Below are positions 1 through 13,076 of a DNA stretch of 64,000 nt, one piece after another. The translations under genes and the position numbers were made by a program. The notes under the pieces were generated by a model. It saw only the letters and a list, made by a program, of their open reading frames with translations. It made no database searches and was not told the origin of the DNA. Origin of the DNA: Azolla caroliniana (lineage: Eukaryota; Plantae; Polypodiophyta); assembly GCA_043228905.1 (NCBI GenBank), contig JBHGNT010000018.1:18046868-18110867 (forward strand), in the 5' to 3' direction. Every line of letters starts with the position of its first letter. Position 1 is the first letter of the stretch.

Positions 1-1080
1 GGACAAATCTCGACCCATGGCAAATTTTCAGTGCCACACGTGAATTGTGAAAAAGAATGGATTGATGGAGGTGACACACCAACATGTTAGAAGTAGATGA
101 CACATCCACATGCAATATTTGTTCACCTTGTCTCCCCTCATTCATGTTGTTAGGCAAAACATGTGATGCCTTACCCATCAACAATCATTAGGGCAATGAA
201 TGCCAACATGGTGAACGATGACAACAATGGGATAGGGAGTGACAATGTGGAGAGCCATTCCACTAGCTAAGCAAGTGACGTGGGTTGAAATATGGCACGG
301 GAATAGATTGACAATATGCCCACCCTCATCTTCGTAATAGGTTCATGGGAAGGTCATATCCTCCACACAATGGAACATATAAGACGACCAACTGTGTCAT
401 TGGACGTAAATAAAAGGAATCGAGCAAGCGTGGTAATGCCGCAAGGTGAGCCAAATGCCATCTAGAAAGACACACACGACTATAGATGTTGGTAAGATGG
501 GGTATGGGAGGGGTATGGCCTACAATTATCAGGAGGTTTACGAGCACCACCGAGGAGAGTTGGGACCATGAGGTTATGTCCTGTTATGGCAATACAGAAC
601 ATATGGGCGGGGTCACGACCAACAATGGCAGGGTTTGAAACACAGATGTGGGATCTGTGAGGGCCGACAGACAAGCCGAGAGCTGAGTCCGAGAGAAGAG
701 AAGAAAAAAGAAGAGAAAGGAAAGAGAAGAGAAGAGAAGAGAAGAGAAGAGGAGAGAGAGAGAGAGATGCATGGCAATGCTCTTTTATCAGCCTTCCATT
801 TGTTATTTGTTATTATTTATTTATTTTTACTCTGTTTTTTTGTTTTTTTCTATTTTACTTTATCCATAAATAATTAAAAGAAATAAAAGGTTAAAAAAAA
901 AAGCAAAAAAATTATCATTATCATTTATTATTTTATTTTTATCATATAAAAATCAGATTTTGGGCTGTCTGAATCTGAAGAAGCTCTCCTCTGTTCCTTC
1001 TCCTCCTCCTTCACCGAAACGCATCCGTTTCGTGCCGTTTCGTGCCGTTTCCTCTGCCCCTCCCTCCCGCAGGTCAGGCT

Positions 1081-3504
1081 ATGGCTTCCAACGCGATGCA
1101 CCTCTCCTCGTTCGCTTCCCAGAACGCCGCCGTTTCTGCGCGTTTCCCTCCATCTCTCCGCTTCTCCTTGAAGCCACCTGGTCTGTAAATTCCGCTACCT
1201 TTTCATGTCGAAACAAGGATTTCGTTAGTTTTTTTCTTAATTTTTTATACCTTTTCTGTTCTCACTTGAAAATCTCTTCTTGAAAATCTCTTCTCAAACT
1301 GCGATGATGGATGGATGTCGATGGTGATGGAACACTACACTTCAGATTTACTTGTTTTTCCATTTCTTTCAGTTGCCAAGATCGCAGTTTTTTCCCGTGT
1401 TTGTGTTCTTTCCCTCGAAATTTGCTTCTTGAACTGTGCTGCTGCTGATGAACTTTACATTTTCCCTCAAAATCGGCTTCTTGAGCTGTTTTGATGATGA
1501 ATCATGTCTTTTATTTGAGAACATGTCATAATCCCCATCATTTTCGTTTTCGATATCACAATGTTTTCCGTTAGTTATTGTAAAAAATTGCTTGTTAAAC
1601 TGTGACGATGATGAACACTGTAGGTGTTTTTTCTCAGAGTTGCTTCTGAAAACTTGACGATGACCATTATCTCGTTTTTCATTCTCCATTTTTTCCTCTT
1701 AATTTTGACGAGGATGAAAATTACACTGTTTCTTTTCAGTTTCAAGCAAAGGGGTTCATGTGGTGGGATCATTTGGAGAGGATCATGGATCTTTGTCAGT
1801 CTCTTCTTCAAGTGATAAGAAATCGAAGCTTGTCGCTCAAGCAGTTGCTGTGAGAGAGATCCTCTGTTTCTTTTATCGTTTAGATCACACTTCAGAAATC
1901 ATGCATATGCTTAAAAGAAGTGAAAAGAATTGCTGTTTTGTCGTCTTTTTTCATTTAGATCGCTCTATAGAAATCATGTGTATGCACAACCTTTTGTTTT
2001 AGTTTATGGTTGATAAACATTATTGTCTGTTAATTTTTTGCATGCATGATCGTTGTGTTTTCTCGTGTTATTTGACCCATTTACAGGCCATAAGTTTGGT
2101 TGCAGTGAAAGACAGCTCTTGCATTCGGATATTGGGACATCTTGCATGTGGGGTCTTTATGTTTGTGCGGTGTTTTTCTTAATTAGATCACATTTAAAGT
2201 TCATCCATGAATTATAAAGTGCGATTTATGCTCAGAGAGAGACCAAATGACATATAGATTGAACATGCAAAGCATCACAACACCAGAACACTAAAATTAA
2301 AAGAACCTTATCACTCTGGTGAAAGTGAATATTTCGTTGCATCTTGTAATGTGATTGTTTTTCATGCTCCATGTTCCAAGTTTCCCTTCATAAATTTCAC
2401 AGGTCAAAGGAGGAGAAGCTGCTGCAAGCTCTACTGGGGCAAAATCAGGGTATGTATCTCTTTGTGTTTGTTTAAAAAGGAAAGTAAAAACGGAAAAAAA
2501 CTACATTTTGCTGACACCACCGAGGCACCAGGCATGAGCTTCTTCTGTTTGAGGCGCTTCGTGAGGGACTGGAAGAAGAAATGGAACAAAATCCGCGAGT
2601 GTGTGTTGTGGGAGAGGATGTGGGACACTATGGGGGCTCGTACAAAGTGACCAAAGGATTTGCTGAAAAATTTGGAGATCTAAGGGTCCTTGATACTCCA
2701 ATTGCGGAAAACTCGTTCACCGGGATGGCGATCGGTGCAGCCATGACAGGTCTAAGACCTGTGATTGAAGGCATGAACATGGGTTTTCTCTTGTTGGCTT
2801 ATAATCAGATCTCCAACAATTGTGGCATGTTGCATTACACATCTGGAGGGCAATTCACTATCCCAGTAGTAATTAGAGGCCCTGGTGGTGTCGGCAGACA
2901 ACTTGGTGCTGAGCATTCGCAAAGGTTAGAATCTTATTTCCAATCTGTCCCTGGGTTGCAAATGGTTGCTTGCTCTACCCCTTATAATGCCAAAGGTCTC
3001 ATGAAAGCGGCTATAAGGAGCGAGAATCCTGTAATTCTTTTTGAGCATGTATTGCTATACAACTTGAAAGAGAGGATTCCCGATGAGGAATATGTATGCT
3101 GTCTTGAGAAAGCTGAGTTGGTTCGCCCAGGCAAAGATATCACTATCTTGACATATTCCCGAATGCGGCATCATGTCTTGCAAGCTGCCAAAACCCTCAT
3201 CAACAAGGGCTACGATCCAGAGATCATTGACATCATTTCCCTAAAGCCATTCGATCTTTACACCATTGGAAACTCGATTAAAAAGACTCACAAGGTGCTA
3301 ATAGTGGAGGAGTGCATGAGGACGGGAGGCATTGGTGCGAGTTTGAGGTCATCTATCATTGACAACTTTTGGGATTATTTAGATGCACCAGTGATGTGCT
3401 TATCTTCACAAGACGTGCCTACGCCTTATGCTGGAACCTTAGAGGAAGCAACGGTTGTTCAGCCAGCGCAAATTGTTACTGCTGTAGAAGAGTTGTGCAA
3501 ATGA
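1081..3504 (+). CDS. PDH-E1 beta: Pyruvate dehydrogenase E1 beta subunit, plastid-targeted; exons 1081-1180, 1740-1849, 2403-2449, 2532-3504
   Basis: GT-AG introns join in frame to give [22 protein letters not shown] (Ser/Ala-rich transit peptide)...[18 protein letters not shown]...[16 protein letters not shown]...[17 protein letters not shown]...[12 protein letters not shown], the hallmark motifs of the plastid/cyanobacterial-type PDH E1-beta. Confidence 0.96.
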
Positions 3505-4752
3505 ATTCAATGATGATGAAGCTGTCTGCTATACATTGTGGAAGGCACGCATGACATCCATTCCATTCCGTTTCTCAAATATACTTAGCTTGTTATTTTT
3601 ATTTATTTTATGCTCTCAAGTATAAAAGATTCTCTGTAGGGGTAGGATCTAGCAAGTCATTTTTCCATCATGAAACAATGTTTGGGTTTTTCACTGGTGC
3701 AATTGCTCCATCTTATTTTTTTGGGAATATAGAGAAAAGTGCATAACCTTGTCTTAAAAAGTCAGATAGATATTGAATTGAATCCCTGCAAATGCTGGAA
3801 AAAAGTTGCAATACATGGAATCCCTTTCCTATTCCAAGCTCTAGCTGCTGGTCTTTGCTTGTATTGCAACTCCTTTTTTTAAGTTGTGCTCATGCTATGT
3901 CTGAAACTGGAACATGAACGAGTGAGATGCAGACAATACTCTTAAGATGGATTGAACTGAATTGCATATGAATTAGTTACCGTCGTTCTGTGATCAGGCG
4001 GAAATTCACTCTAGGTTACACAAGTGTAAAGATTAATGTCTTTTTTATTGGATATGTGAAATGTGCAATTTATCCTGGTAATGGTTGATAATACATATAT
4101 TCCTTCTTGAGAACAGCCCCCCAAAGCTATCTAGATGATTGCAAATCCGAAAGCTGTGTTGCTTGTTATGGATGTGCCTGAGTTTAATTGCTCCTTGGGA
4201 ACACGAATGCACATTTCTTTTCAAGGCAAAATGTTTTTTTTATCTAAATTTGAAGGTTTTCGTTCAGACAGGCTGGATTAAATGTGGTAAGATTTCCAAT
4301 TGGTCAATGTGGTTTGCACAAGACCATTCACAAAAGACTTTGATTCTTGCCATGGTTCTTCCTTGGAGATACGAGGTAGTAAAAACCATAGGGTAGATGG
4401 AAAAAGAGAATTGTTTCCTCTAATGTATAGTATGGCATTAGCCATGTCCAAGAAAGGGTTAGGAGCTTGATTTGCATTTAAAATCTCAAAAGTACATATT
4501 CAATTACACCAAGAAAATATGTTGAATCAATTGAATGGTATCATCCAATGTATTTGGTGGCCTTGTGCATGGTTTGGACATAACTCAAGAACAAACCGGG
4601 TCTCTTGAGTCGCATGACTATTGTGTCAGCTAGTTGCACCGATGCTCCAAAATTCATGATGTGTACCTCATGCACTCTAAAAAAACGCTTCTTTTGCATG
4701 CATGATCTAGTATGGCATCATATTTACGCGTCATAAGATATATAAGGGACAT

Positions 4753-4899
4753 TTGGTTCGGTTTGGTTTGAGAGTGATGAAACTGAACCGTTTAAAAATT
4801 TCGAAACTTGAATTGAATGGAACCACGAAACCGTTAAAAAAAAATTCAAACTGGTAAAACCAAGGTTTTGTGGTTCAGTTTCGGTTTTCAACTTTGGTC
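4753..4899. mobile_element. AACCG/CGGTT-rich non-autonomous DNA element fragment (copy 1)
   Basis: Repeated GGTTCGG/AACCG motifs ending in GGTTTTCAACTTTGGTC; colinear with a second copy at 29395-29566. Confidence 0.5.
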
Positions 4900-4900
4900 A

Positions 4901-4901
4901 C

Positions 4902-4935
<34 letters not shown>
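4901..4935. repeat. (ATG)n microsatellite
   Basis: About 11 uninterrupted ATG units. Confidence 0.9.
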
Positions 4936-4936
<1 letters not shown>

Positions 4937-5019
4937 TGAGCTCAATTAACATAATTAACTCGTTTGGGTTTGACATATTTACATTTCTGTCCCTTTCTCC
5001 TCCCTTGCCTGCCAAGGCA

Positions 5020-5729
5020 AGACATACACAGAGAGAGAGAGAGAGAGAGAGAGCAAGCAAGGTGAGAGAAAGACACAAGAGAGAGAGAGAGCAAGCAAGG
5101 AGAGAGAAAGACACAAGAGAGAGAGAGAGAGCAAGCAAGGAGAGAGAAAGACACAAGAGAGAGAGAGAGAGCAAGCAAGGAGAGAGAAAGAAAGATATAT
5201 TAACGTCTGAGAGAGAGAGAGACACACACACACACACACACGAGAGAGAGAGCAAGCAAGGAGAGAGAAAGACACAAGAGAGAGAGAGAGAGCAAGCAAG
5301 GAGAGAGAAAGACACAAGAGAGAGAGAGAGAGCAAGCAAGGAGAGAGAAAGACACAAGAGAGAGAGAGAGAGCAAGCAAGGAGAGAGAAAGAAAGATATA
5401 TTAACGTCTGAGAGAGAGAGAGAGAGACACACACACACACACGAGGGAGAGAGCAAGTAAGGAGAGAGAAAGACACAACAGAGAGAGAGAGAGAGAGAGA
5501 GAGAGCAAGCAAGGAGAGAGAAAGACACAACAGACAGAGAGAGAGAGAGAGAGAGAGCAAGCAAGGAGAGAGACACAGACAGACACACAGGAGAGATATA
5601 CACACACACACAAGAGAGAGAGAGAGAGCAAGCAAGGAGAGAGAAAGACACAACACAGAGAGAGAGAGAGAGACACACACACACACACACACGAGAGAGA
5701 GAGCAAGCAAGGAGAGAGAAAGACACAAC

Positions 5730-5767
<38 letters not shown>

Positions 5768-5947
5768 CAAGCAAGGAGAGAGAAACAGACACAGACATAC
5801 ACAGGGGAGAGAGAGAGACACACACACACACACTCACTCACACACACACACAAGAGAGAGAGAGAGAGCAAGCAAGGAGAGAGAAAGACACAACGGAGAG
5901 AGAGAGACACACACACACACACATACACACATACACACAGACACAGA
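5020..5947. repeat. Compound GA/CA microsatellite with higher-order unit GAGAGCAAGCAAGGAGAGAGAAAGACACAA
   Basis: The unit recurs many times with variable (GA)n/(CA)n spacers; the variant GAAAGATATATTAACGTCT occurs twice (about 5190 and 5392). Confidence 0.95.
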
Positions 5948-5963
5948 GCCAGCCTTCTGGGCC

Positions 5964-8900
5964 ATGGCGATGGCCAGACGTGTTCCTTCCTGTCAGAGAT
6001 GCTTTCGGGCCTACCTCCGACCTTACAGCCCCGCAGATTCTTCTTCTTCTTCTCCGCTTCCGCCTCTTGCTTCGTCTCGTGTGGAGCCTTCTTCATCTCT
6101 GCGTGGAGAGCCGTTTCGATTACTTGCATCATCATCATCATCATCACCATCTTCGTCTTCATCACCATCACCATCATCATCATCATCATCATCATCATCG
6201 AAACCTTCTTCTTCTTCTTCTTCTTATTCGTCTTTTATGCAGTCCAATTCTCACCTTTGGAGCCGTCGCAGACACTTTGCAAAGATTTCAACCTCTTCCA
6301 ATGGCTCCAGCATTGTGCCTTTCTTCGACACCCTTGCCTTGGTAGGTCATATCAAAATCCTCTTCCCTTTTTCAGGAGTAGGACGATTATAGAGTGTTTA
6401 CTGAAACTAAAGAATGTCAGGTGGATTCCTCGCTCTGAAAGGAGGAGAATGAGGAAGGAGTGTTAAAATGAAATTGAAGCATGTTCTGGTTTCGTCTTCT
6501 CCCTCAAAGAATGGGATGAAACTAAATCATTCTCATTTTCTGTATTCTTCTCATCTTACGGAATAGGCTGATAAAGTATTGAAAATCCAAGAATGTTCTA
6601 GTTTCTTCTGCTCTCTTTAAGGAAAAGGAAGATGGAAGGAGTGTTTATTGAGACCGACTCTCAGTTCTACTCATACAAGACCTAGGACAATGGAAAGACT
6701 GTTTAACATGTTCTGGTTTATTCTCAGTTCTCGCCCTAAGGGATTGGTGTGTTTGAAAAGCTGCCTTTTTATGCAATTTATTTACCAATGTGAAAGTCTT
6801 TGATTTGGAAACTCTGAGTTTCTTATGCAGTGTCTGTAATGATCTGGTAGGTTCGTAAACTGGAATCACAGGGATTTGATGCTAAACAAGCAGAAGCCAT
6901 AACTGCTGCAATGACAGATGTGCTCAACGATTGTTTGCAGAACGTTTCAGATTCATTTGTGTCCAAGTCTGAGTTGCAACAGGTAAAAAGGAATGCTCTC
7001 TTATTGTATTTTCTCATTTCGACACTGTCACATCCAAATCATATGCCTACATGCATCAGACAAATGGTTAACTGGCTTCCATTTTAAGATACATCAAAAG
7101 ATTGACGTTTTTCATATGCTTTGTGGATCATTGTCACTGGAAATGCACCCATTCTCCTTTTAAATGTTTTATGCTGGATTGTTGAAGCCTGTTTAAACTA
7201 TATACTGCATGCTATTCTGACATCTTTAGATCTATCTTGGCGTGGTTATTGAATAGTTCAACTTAATGCAAGAGGGTGCATATGAAAAGCTGCAGACTGA
7301 TGTGCAAAGCTCACATGTAAGATGATCGATTCGAACCCTTTCTGGATGCTAAGCATTAAATTACAATTTTTTGTCATTGTATATTTATTAAACCATGGAT
7401 TCTTTGAAATAAATTAACTGCTCTATATTCTTTAATCACAGTATCTATGCAAAGTAAGACATTTAGCAGGTTTTCCTGTGAATTCGAAAATGGTTCGTTT
7501 TGTAGATGAGTACTGTGTCGACTTTGCAAGCTCAGTTATCATTCCTTGAGAATCAAAGTATAAGAACAATAACTGGGAGATTTCATTTTTATCATCAATC
7601 TCTTAAATATTGAGTAAAACATAGTCAGCAAGTTAAATTAATGCAAACCAATCAAGCATATTGAAAAGTAGAGATGAAGACCTGCATGAAATTTAATGGA
7701 GTCCTTAACTCTACCATGCATCTAGGTCTTTTATGTGAAAGAGACATGAAATTTGAAAGAAACCCTGATGAAGGGTAGTGAGACATGGTGAAGATGAAAA
7801 GGTTTAAGGAATGATGAAAGAAGGAAACCCGTCAACTGTCAACTGTAGGACGTTGATGAACATGAGAAGAAAGATAACATATTTCATCAAGTCTGTAGCC
7901 TCATGGAAGTAGCCTCATGTCTAATGTGCTTGAAGACCCTAGTTGATGAAACAGGGAGGCATAACTGCAATATTTGGATAAGATGTCGAAACAAAGGGCA
8001 AATGCTATCCTAGACTGCCAAAGGAAATGCTAAGCGCTTGATTATTTTTCCTAGAGGGCATGTTAGTCAATCTAAATAATTTAGAAAAGTCTGAAAGTGA
8101 GATAAAAATAAACTTGAATAAGGTTGGGTGGGATGTACAGATTTGTTAAGGAAATATCTGTTGCCTTAATAGAAAACAGTACAATCCTGGACCCTTACTT
8201 AGACTAGCCTAAGCGGCAAAGAAAGGACGAAAAATGGGCACTACACATAACCAAGTCATTATCCAGAAGAAGAGATATATTTGACGGTATGCAGCCTTTG
8301 AAACAGGCATGTTTTTTAATCAAAAGGAATATGGTTTACGATGTATACAGCCCCCTGTGTGGTCCATCTCAATCTCATAGCAGAATGAAATGTGATGAAA
8401 TATTTATGCAGCCATGTGCTTTTATATGTCATGTCATGCTAAAAAGTTAAGTGCTATTTGTTGTGTCATAGTTACGTCACAGTCTGAAATCTATTGAGAG
8501 AAAAAGAGGGGTTAAGTTCTTCCTTAAAGTTTATTTTCATGATTTGTAGGAGAAAAAAATATCATCCATACATCGAGATACTGAAAAACTTCGAATTGAT
8601 ATCGAGAAACTCCAAACAGAAATAAGGTTTGTGTTATATGATTCTTGAGGAAATAATTATTTATTTATTTCTCTCCTGTAGTACTTAGACCGTGTAAGTT
8701 TTTAACAGGTATGAAATGGATAAAGTTACAGCTGGCCAACGCTTGGATCTGAATCTGGAGAGAGGGTAAGGTATTAATATGAGAAATGCTGAGCATACAT
8801 AAACAGCAGAGTCTGATCAATGAATTTTTCTGTTTTCCATCTCTTTGCAGACGTATCAAAGAAGAATTAGCTAATCGAAATGCTGAGACATCCAATTTGA

Positions 8901-9219
8901 CAAATAGACTAGACAAGGTATAGTGAACATATTCCTTGAACATTTGTACAATGTAGGCAATTACAACTGATTTATAATCAAAATCCTTGAACTAACTTCA
9001 ATGTTCAGGAAATCAATACTTTGAAAACACAATTAGAAGCTTCAAAATATGAGGTCATCAAATATTGTATAGGTATATCTATTTACTTTTTCAAATCTTT
9101 TCTACAATTGAGAAATTGACTGAGCCTACAATTGAAATGGAAATGTTATTCACTTGCATACAGGTACCATCATCTCTGTCTATGCTCTTGGTGTTGCACT
9201 GCTACGTATTTTCAAATGA
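5964..9219 (+). CDS. FMP32/CCDC90/MCUR1-like DUF1640 mitochondrial coiled-coil protein; exons 5964-6341, 6851-6982, 7257-7316, 8550-8626, 8709-8765, 8851-8917, 9009-9072, 9164-9219
   Basis: Spliced translation: FFDTLALVRKLESQGFDAKQAEAITAAMTDVLND...RYEMDKVTAGQRLDLNLERGRIKEELAN...YEVIKYCIGTIISVYALGVALLRIFK*. This matches the plant DUF1640 pattern with a C-terminal TM helix. All introns are GT-AG and phase-compatible, and the N-terminus is Arg/Ser-rich like a presequence. Confidence 0.92.
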
Positions 9220-10511
9220 GTCTTCTTTGCAGGTATTCCTTTCTGGGCTTTGATAATGCTCATTTACTATTTAGAAAATATAGAAAGATACTGAGTAAAC
9301 TAAACTATACTTTTACAGTTCATCCGAATGTATACATAAATTTTTGCTGGTATAAAGCATTTTACGGTTCAGTGCACATGAAGAGTTTCTAATACAAAAA
9401 TGAAGACGTTGAATCCTCAGAGTATGTGGAACTGTGCAAGAGTCACGACTATAACTTTATATGGTGGCCATAGCTTTTGGAGATTTTATTTTTTGCTTCT
9501 TGCTAGAGGTGCGCTTTGATCTCTAGTTTTTGAAAGAAAGAATCCATTTTCACGGGCAAGAGGTTAATAAATTATTTTCAAGGTCAGGTGTTTGGAGGCA
9601 GTGAACGGCTGCTTTTCACAATCCGGCTGAAACACATTTTTTCACGTGGCTTAGGTCAATGGTATCAGATAATGAGATTATGTTAATTATTGAAACGAGA
9701 TGAGAGATCATTCATTCTTAATCGAAGTGTTAAATTTGTATTTCCAGTATCTTGTTTCTTCAACTATACAAAATGATGAATGTATGTATGTATACATAAT
9801 CAAATTTCTTCAAGGGCTTTGATTGGGCAGAATTTGCAGCTTAAATTCTTGATACGTTATGTTTTCAGTGTGATATCTATGGTCGAGTTCAACATAATAA
9901 TTTTACCCAAGGTAATGTTATCTTACATGATGTTTGTGTGCAACATTATATTGTCTCTGATTTGCTGAAGACCATGAACTTGTGATACTCAATTGCTGTT
10001 TAACTGAGAAAAAACAAACTCTTCGGCCCATAAGCCTATAATACTTAATTGCTGCCCAAATGGAAAAAATAGTGCCTGACTGACAATGTACACCCAAATA
10101 GGGCAGCAAATAAGTTAAATATATGAGGCAGAAAATATGTTTAACACATCTCGACACTGTGTTGATTCCTTCCCTACCATCTACCATCTTCTACTGCAGT
10201 GTAAATGCTTCCCACATCATCTTCTATTCCTTACCAACTTTTTCTCATGGCATTGCGATCAAGAAATTGCCACCTTACCTGGTCTCCAAAATGAAGAACA
10301 AAAAGACCTATGACAACCTTATACCCAAAGGACTTTGGTCAGACCAAGGGAAACTCTCCCTGAAAAGACAGCCTTCTACAAAAGGTTGTTTAATGACTAA
10401 TCCATATAGGCTTGAGGTATGTACACATCTACATGTTCCATAGTGTTCTTGAAGCAGTAGGCCAAATCATTCCTACAAGCTCTATATTGATATGCACATC
10501 ATTGTGTGCGG

Positions 10512-10737
10512 CACCTCCATTGACAATGTGCTGAGAAGTGACCATAGAGTAAGTAGAGGAGTGACACCAACAACAAATAATTCATTGTGTCACATCTCCA
10601 TTGACAATGTGCGGAGAAGTCACCATAGAGTAAGTAGAGGAGTGACACCAACAACAAACAATTCACTGAGTGTCACACCTCCATTGACAATGTGCTGAAA
10701 AGTCACCATAGTTTAAGTGGAGTGACACCAACAAACA
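10512..10737. repeat. Tandem repeat, about 81-83 bp unit, about 2.8 copies
   Basis: CA(C/T)CTCCATTGACAATGTGC...CCATAG...GTGACACCAACAA recurs at 10512, 10593 and 10676. Confidence 0.9.
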
Positions 10738-10960
10738 ATGTGAGGCGCATGGGCCATACCATCACTAAATCATAGAGATAATTGCTCATTATTTAAATCA
10801 ACAAAGGGACACCCAAATCTGCTACATGACATTTATCATAGCCTCACTTGACACCTGCATATATCAAAGTTCCCTCACCGCTATTTATTCTATACATATT
10901 AATTATGCATGTCTTCCTTGTAAACCATCTTGAGAATCATGCCATTGTATGGATTGAGAT

Positions 10961-11336
10961 CATAGATAAAAAACGTGTATCTAACTTTAGAATACGTCAA
11001 ACACATTTTAGAATACTCTAAAGCTTTCTACATGTATTCTATTTTCTAGAATTGCTGTTTTTCAAAATTTCACGTATTCTATCAATTTGAAATATTCTAT
11101 GTATTTAAAAAGTATTTATTATTTCAAAAAAGTTCAAAAGTTTTTTAAATTATTATTTTTTGAAAAAACCTTTAAATTGAAGAGGTATTTAACGAAATTT
11201 ACAAGTATTCTTCGTATTTAAAGTATTCAACACGTATTCTAAGTTTTTAACATATTTTATTTGTAAAATACATAATCTAAGAATACTTAGCATACATATT
11301 CTACAGGTGTTGTATGCTAAGTATTCTACAACAATG
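10961..11336. mobile_element. Non-autonomous hAT-like element (MITE-sized)
   Basis: Flanked by an 8-bp direct repeat ATTGAGAT (10953-10960 and 11337-11344). Termini are CATAG...CAATG, the interior is AT-rich with repeated AGAATAC/GTATTCT motifs, and there is a 17-bp perfect inverted repeat near the right end. Confidence 0.6.
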
Positions 11337-11800
11337 ATTGAGATCAATACCATGGATCCATATTAGCAACATTGAATTCACCCATATTTGTTATCATGAT
11401 TCATCCATTTTTATATAGTTACATTCAATTGCATTCAGCTGGTGGAACCAATTTAGTTTTTCTTCTGAATCTATGGATGATTTTGTGATTTCATTGCCTC
11501 CCAAAGCTTTCTTTGCACATGCATATGCACTAAACTAATGCATAATTAATGATACTGAGGTGGAACTTGGTGATGAATTAGGAAATGTAGAAATTTTCTA
11601 TTAATGCACAAGAAACCATAAACTATAGCATATGAACCATGAATAAGAGTTTGTTGCAACTTTGTCATAATAGCGAAATGAGAGTAAACCATTTATATTA
11701 TTCATGGATTCATGGAGTACAGATTTAGCCATGACATTGACTACCACTCTTTGGCAGCTATATGGATTTTATTTGTATCATGCATTTAAGAGGCATTCCA

Positions 11801-13076
11801 CTAGAGCTTTTGCAACCTAGCTACATTATCTTCAGATTCCTGGAAAGAATAAAAGCACCACAGATAAACATAAGCACCAAACAAAGTTTCATCAAATGAT
11901 ATTGTTGGTGTTTTTACCTGGACAGTATGTGGCAGGTATTTTCCATTGAAAATGACCACAACCCGATCTTCCCCGTCGTTTCCCTTTACCTTCTCCACGG
12001 TGCAATAAAATCCAATTGCAGACATTCTACAATCCACGAGTATATATAAAAGCAAATTTTTTAGCCAAGAACTCTTAAAATCCACTGAATCTATTCCTGA
12101 CAGAAAAGGCTAGTATAGTAGTATGCAATCTATTCCTCACATGCCATCGCCAAGCTCCTCGTTGATGATCGCTTTAATGCTTTCTGCATAGTGTGCAGTG
12201 GCTTCTTGAAACCTTTTACGACAAATACAATTACGATCAATGAATAAGTACAAAAGAGGATAGATGCCTTCTCACGCATGAAACACTTAAAATTTATATA
12301 CTTCTATGGATTTTGTTCCCTTTATAAAGATTTCTGATAAAACACTGACTCAAAGTCTGCCAAGCAACCACTGCGCCTGCCCATTTGCTAGCATTTCCTG
12401 TTTGTATCATTAACACTAAACCCCTAAACTCTGAATCCAAAATATGAAAAACGGCCTCATGACATATAGGAGGCTTCACATGAGTGTCATATGTATTGGC
12501 ACATAGAAACTTGTAAGATGCAGCGCTTTGCTTCAAACTATGTCACCACAAGCTTGGGTACCCAAGGAAGTTTGCACTGGAATTTTCCTTTAAACACTGC
12601 TAATGATGCAGTTTTCACATGAATGCTCACCATAGAAATATGCAGAATAATGATGAAGAATCCTTTGACAACTTAATTTCAACCCCAAACTGTTGATACA
12701 GGGAACTTAACATAAGATACAGAGATTTCCTTTAGACAAGAATTTATGCTATTTCCAATTCAGACAAAGAAGCCCTAATTCTGGTACAAACTTTTACATA
12801 CCTGTAGATGGTGGGGTCTTGCAAGATGGAGGGGTCATATGAACGAAGAGGAATTTTCTTCATGGCATGGATATGGTCATCAGTGAGGGACGGAACAGAC
12901 CTCTGAAGGGTTTCAGCCATGGGTCCAGGTAGAGGAGCCTGGCGATGGAAGAGCTGAGCTACATAAGCATTGGTCAGGCCGGTTTCCTTGGCGATCTGAG
13001 TGAAGCTCTTCCCGCTCGATTCTTTGGCTTGCAGAAGCTCTCTCACAAGGGTTGCCTTCTCGGACACCGTAGCCAT
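11801..13076 (-). CDS. CYN: Cyanate hydratase (cyanase); exons 13076-12802, 12212-12141, 12026-11918, 11839-11801
   Basis: Spliced translation: MATVSEKATLVRELLQAKESSGKSFTQIAKETGLTNAYVAQLFHRQA...RSYDPSILQDPTIYR|FQEATAHYAESIKAIINEELGDGI|MSAIGFYCTVEKVKG...RVVVIFNGKYLPH. The catalytic Arg, Glu and Ser equivalents are present. Confidence 0.95.

Noticed and set aside
1-700. Short ORFs at the window start
   Set aside because: No recognisable domain or splice pattern.
4875-6198. Long ORFs of 174-320 aa rich in LS/ER/CV
   Set aside because: They are translations of the GA/CA microsatellite array and carry no domain signal.
5980-6466. Poly-His and poly-Ile ORFs
   Set aside because: They are alternative frames of the (CAT)n tract; only the poly-Ser frame splices into DUF1640.
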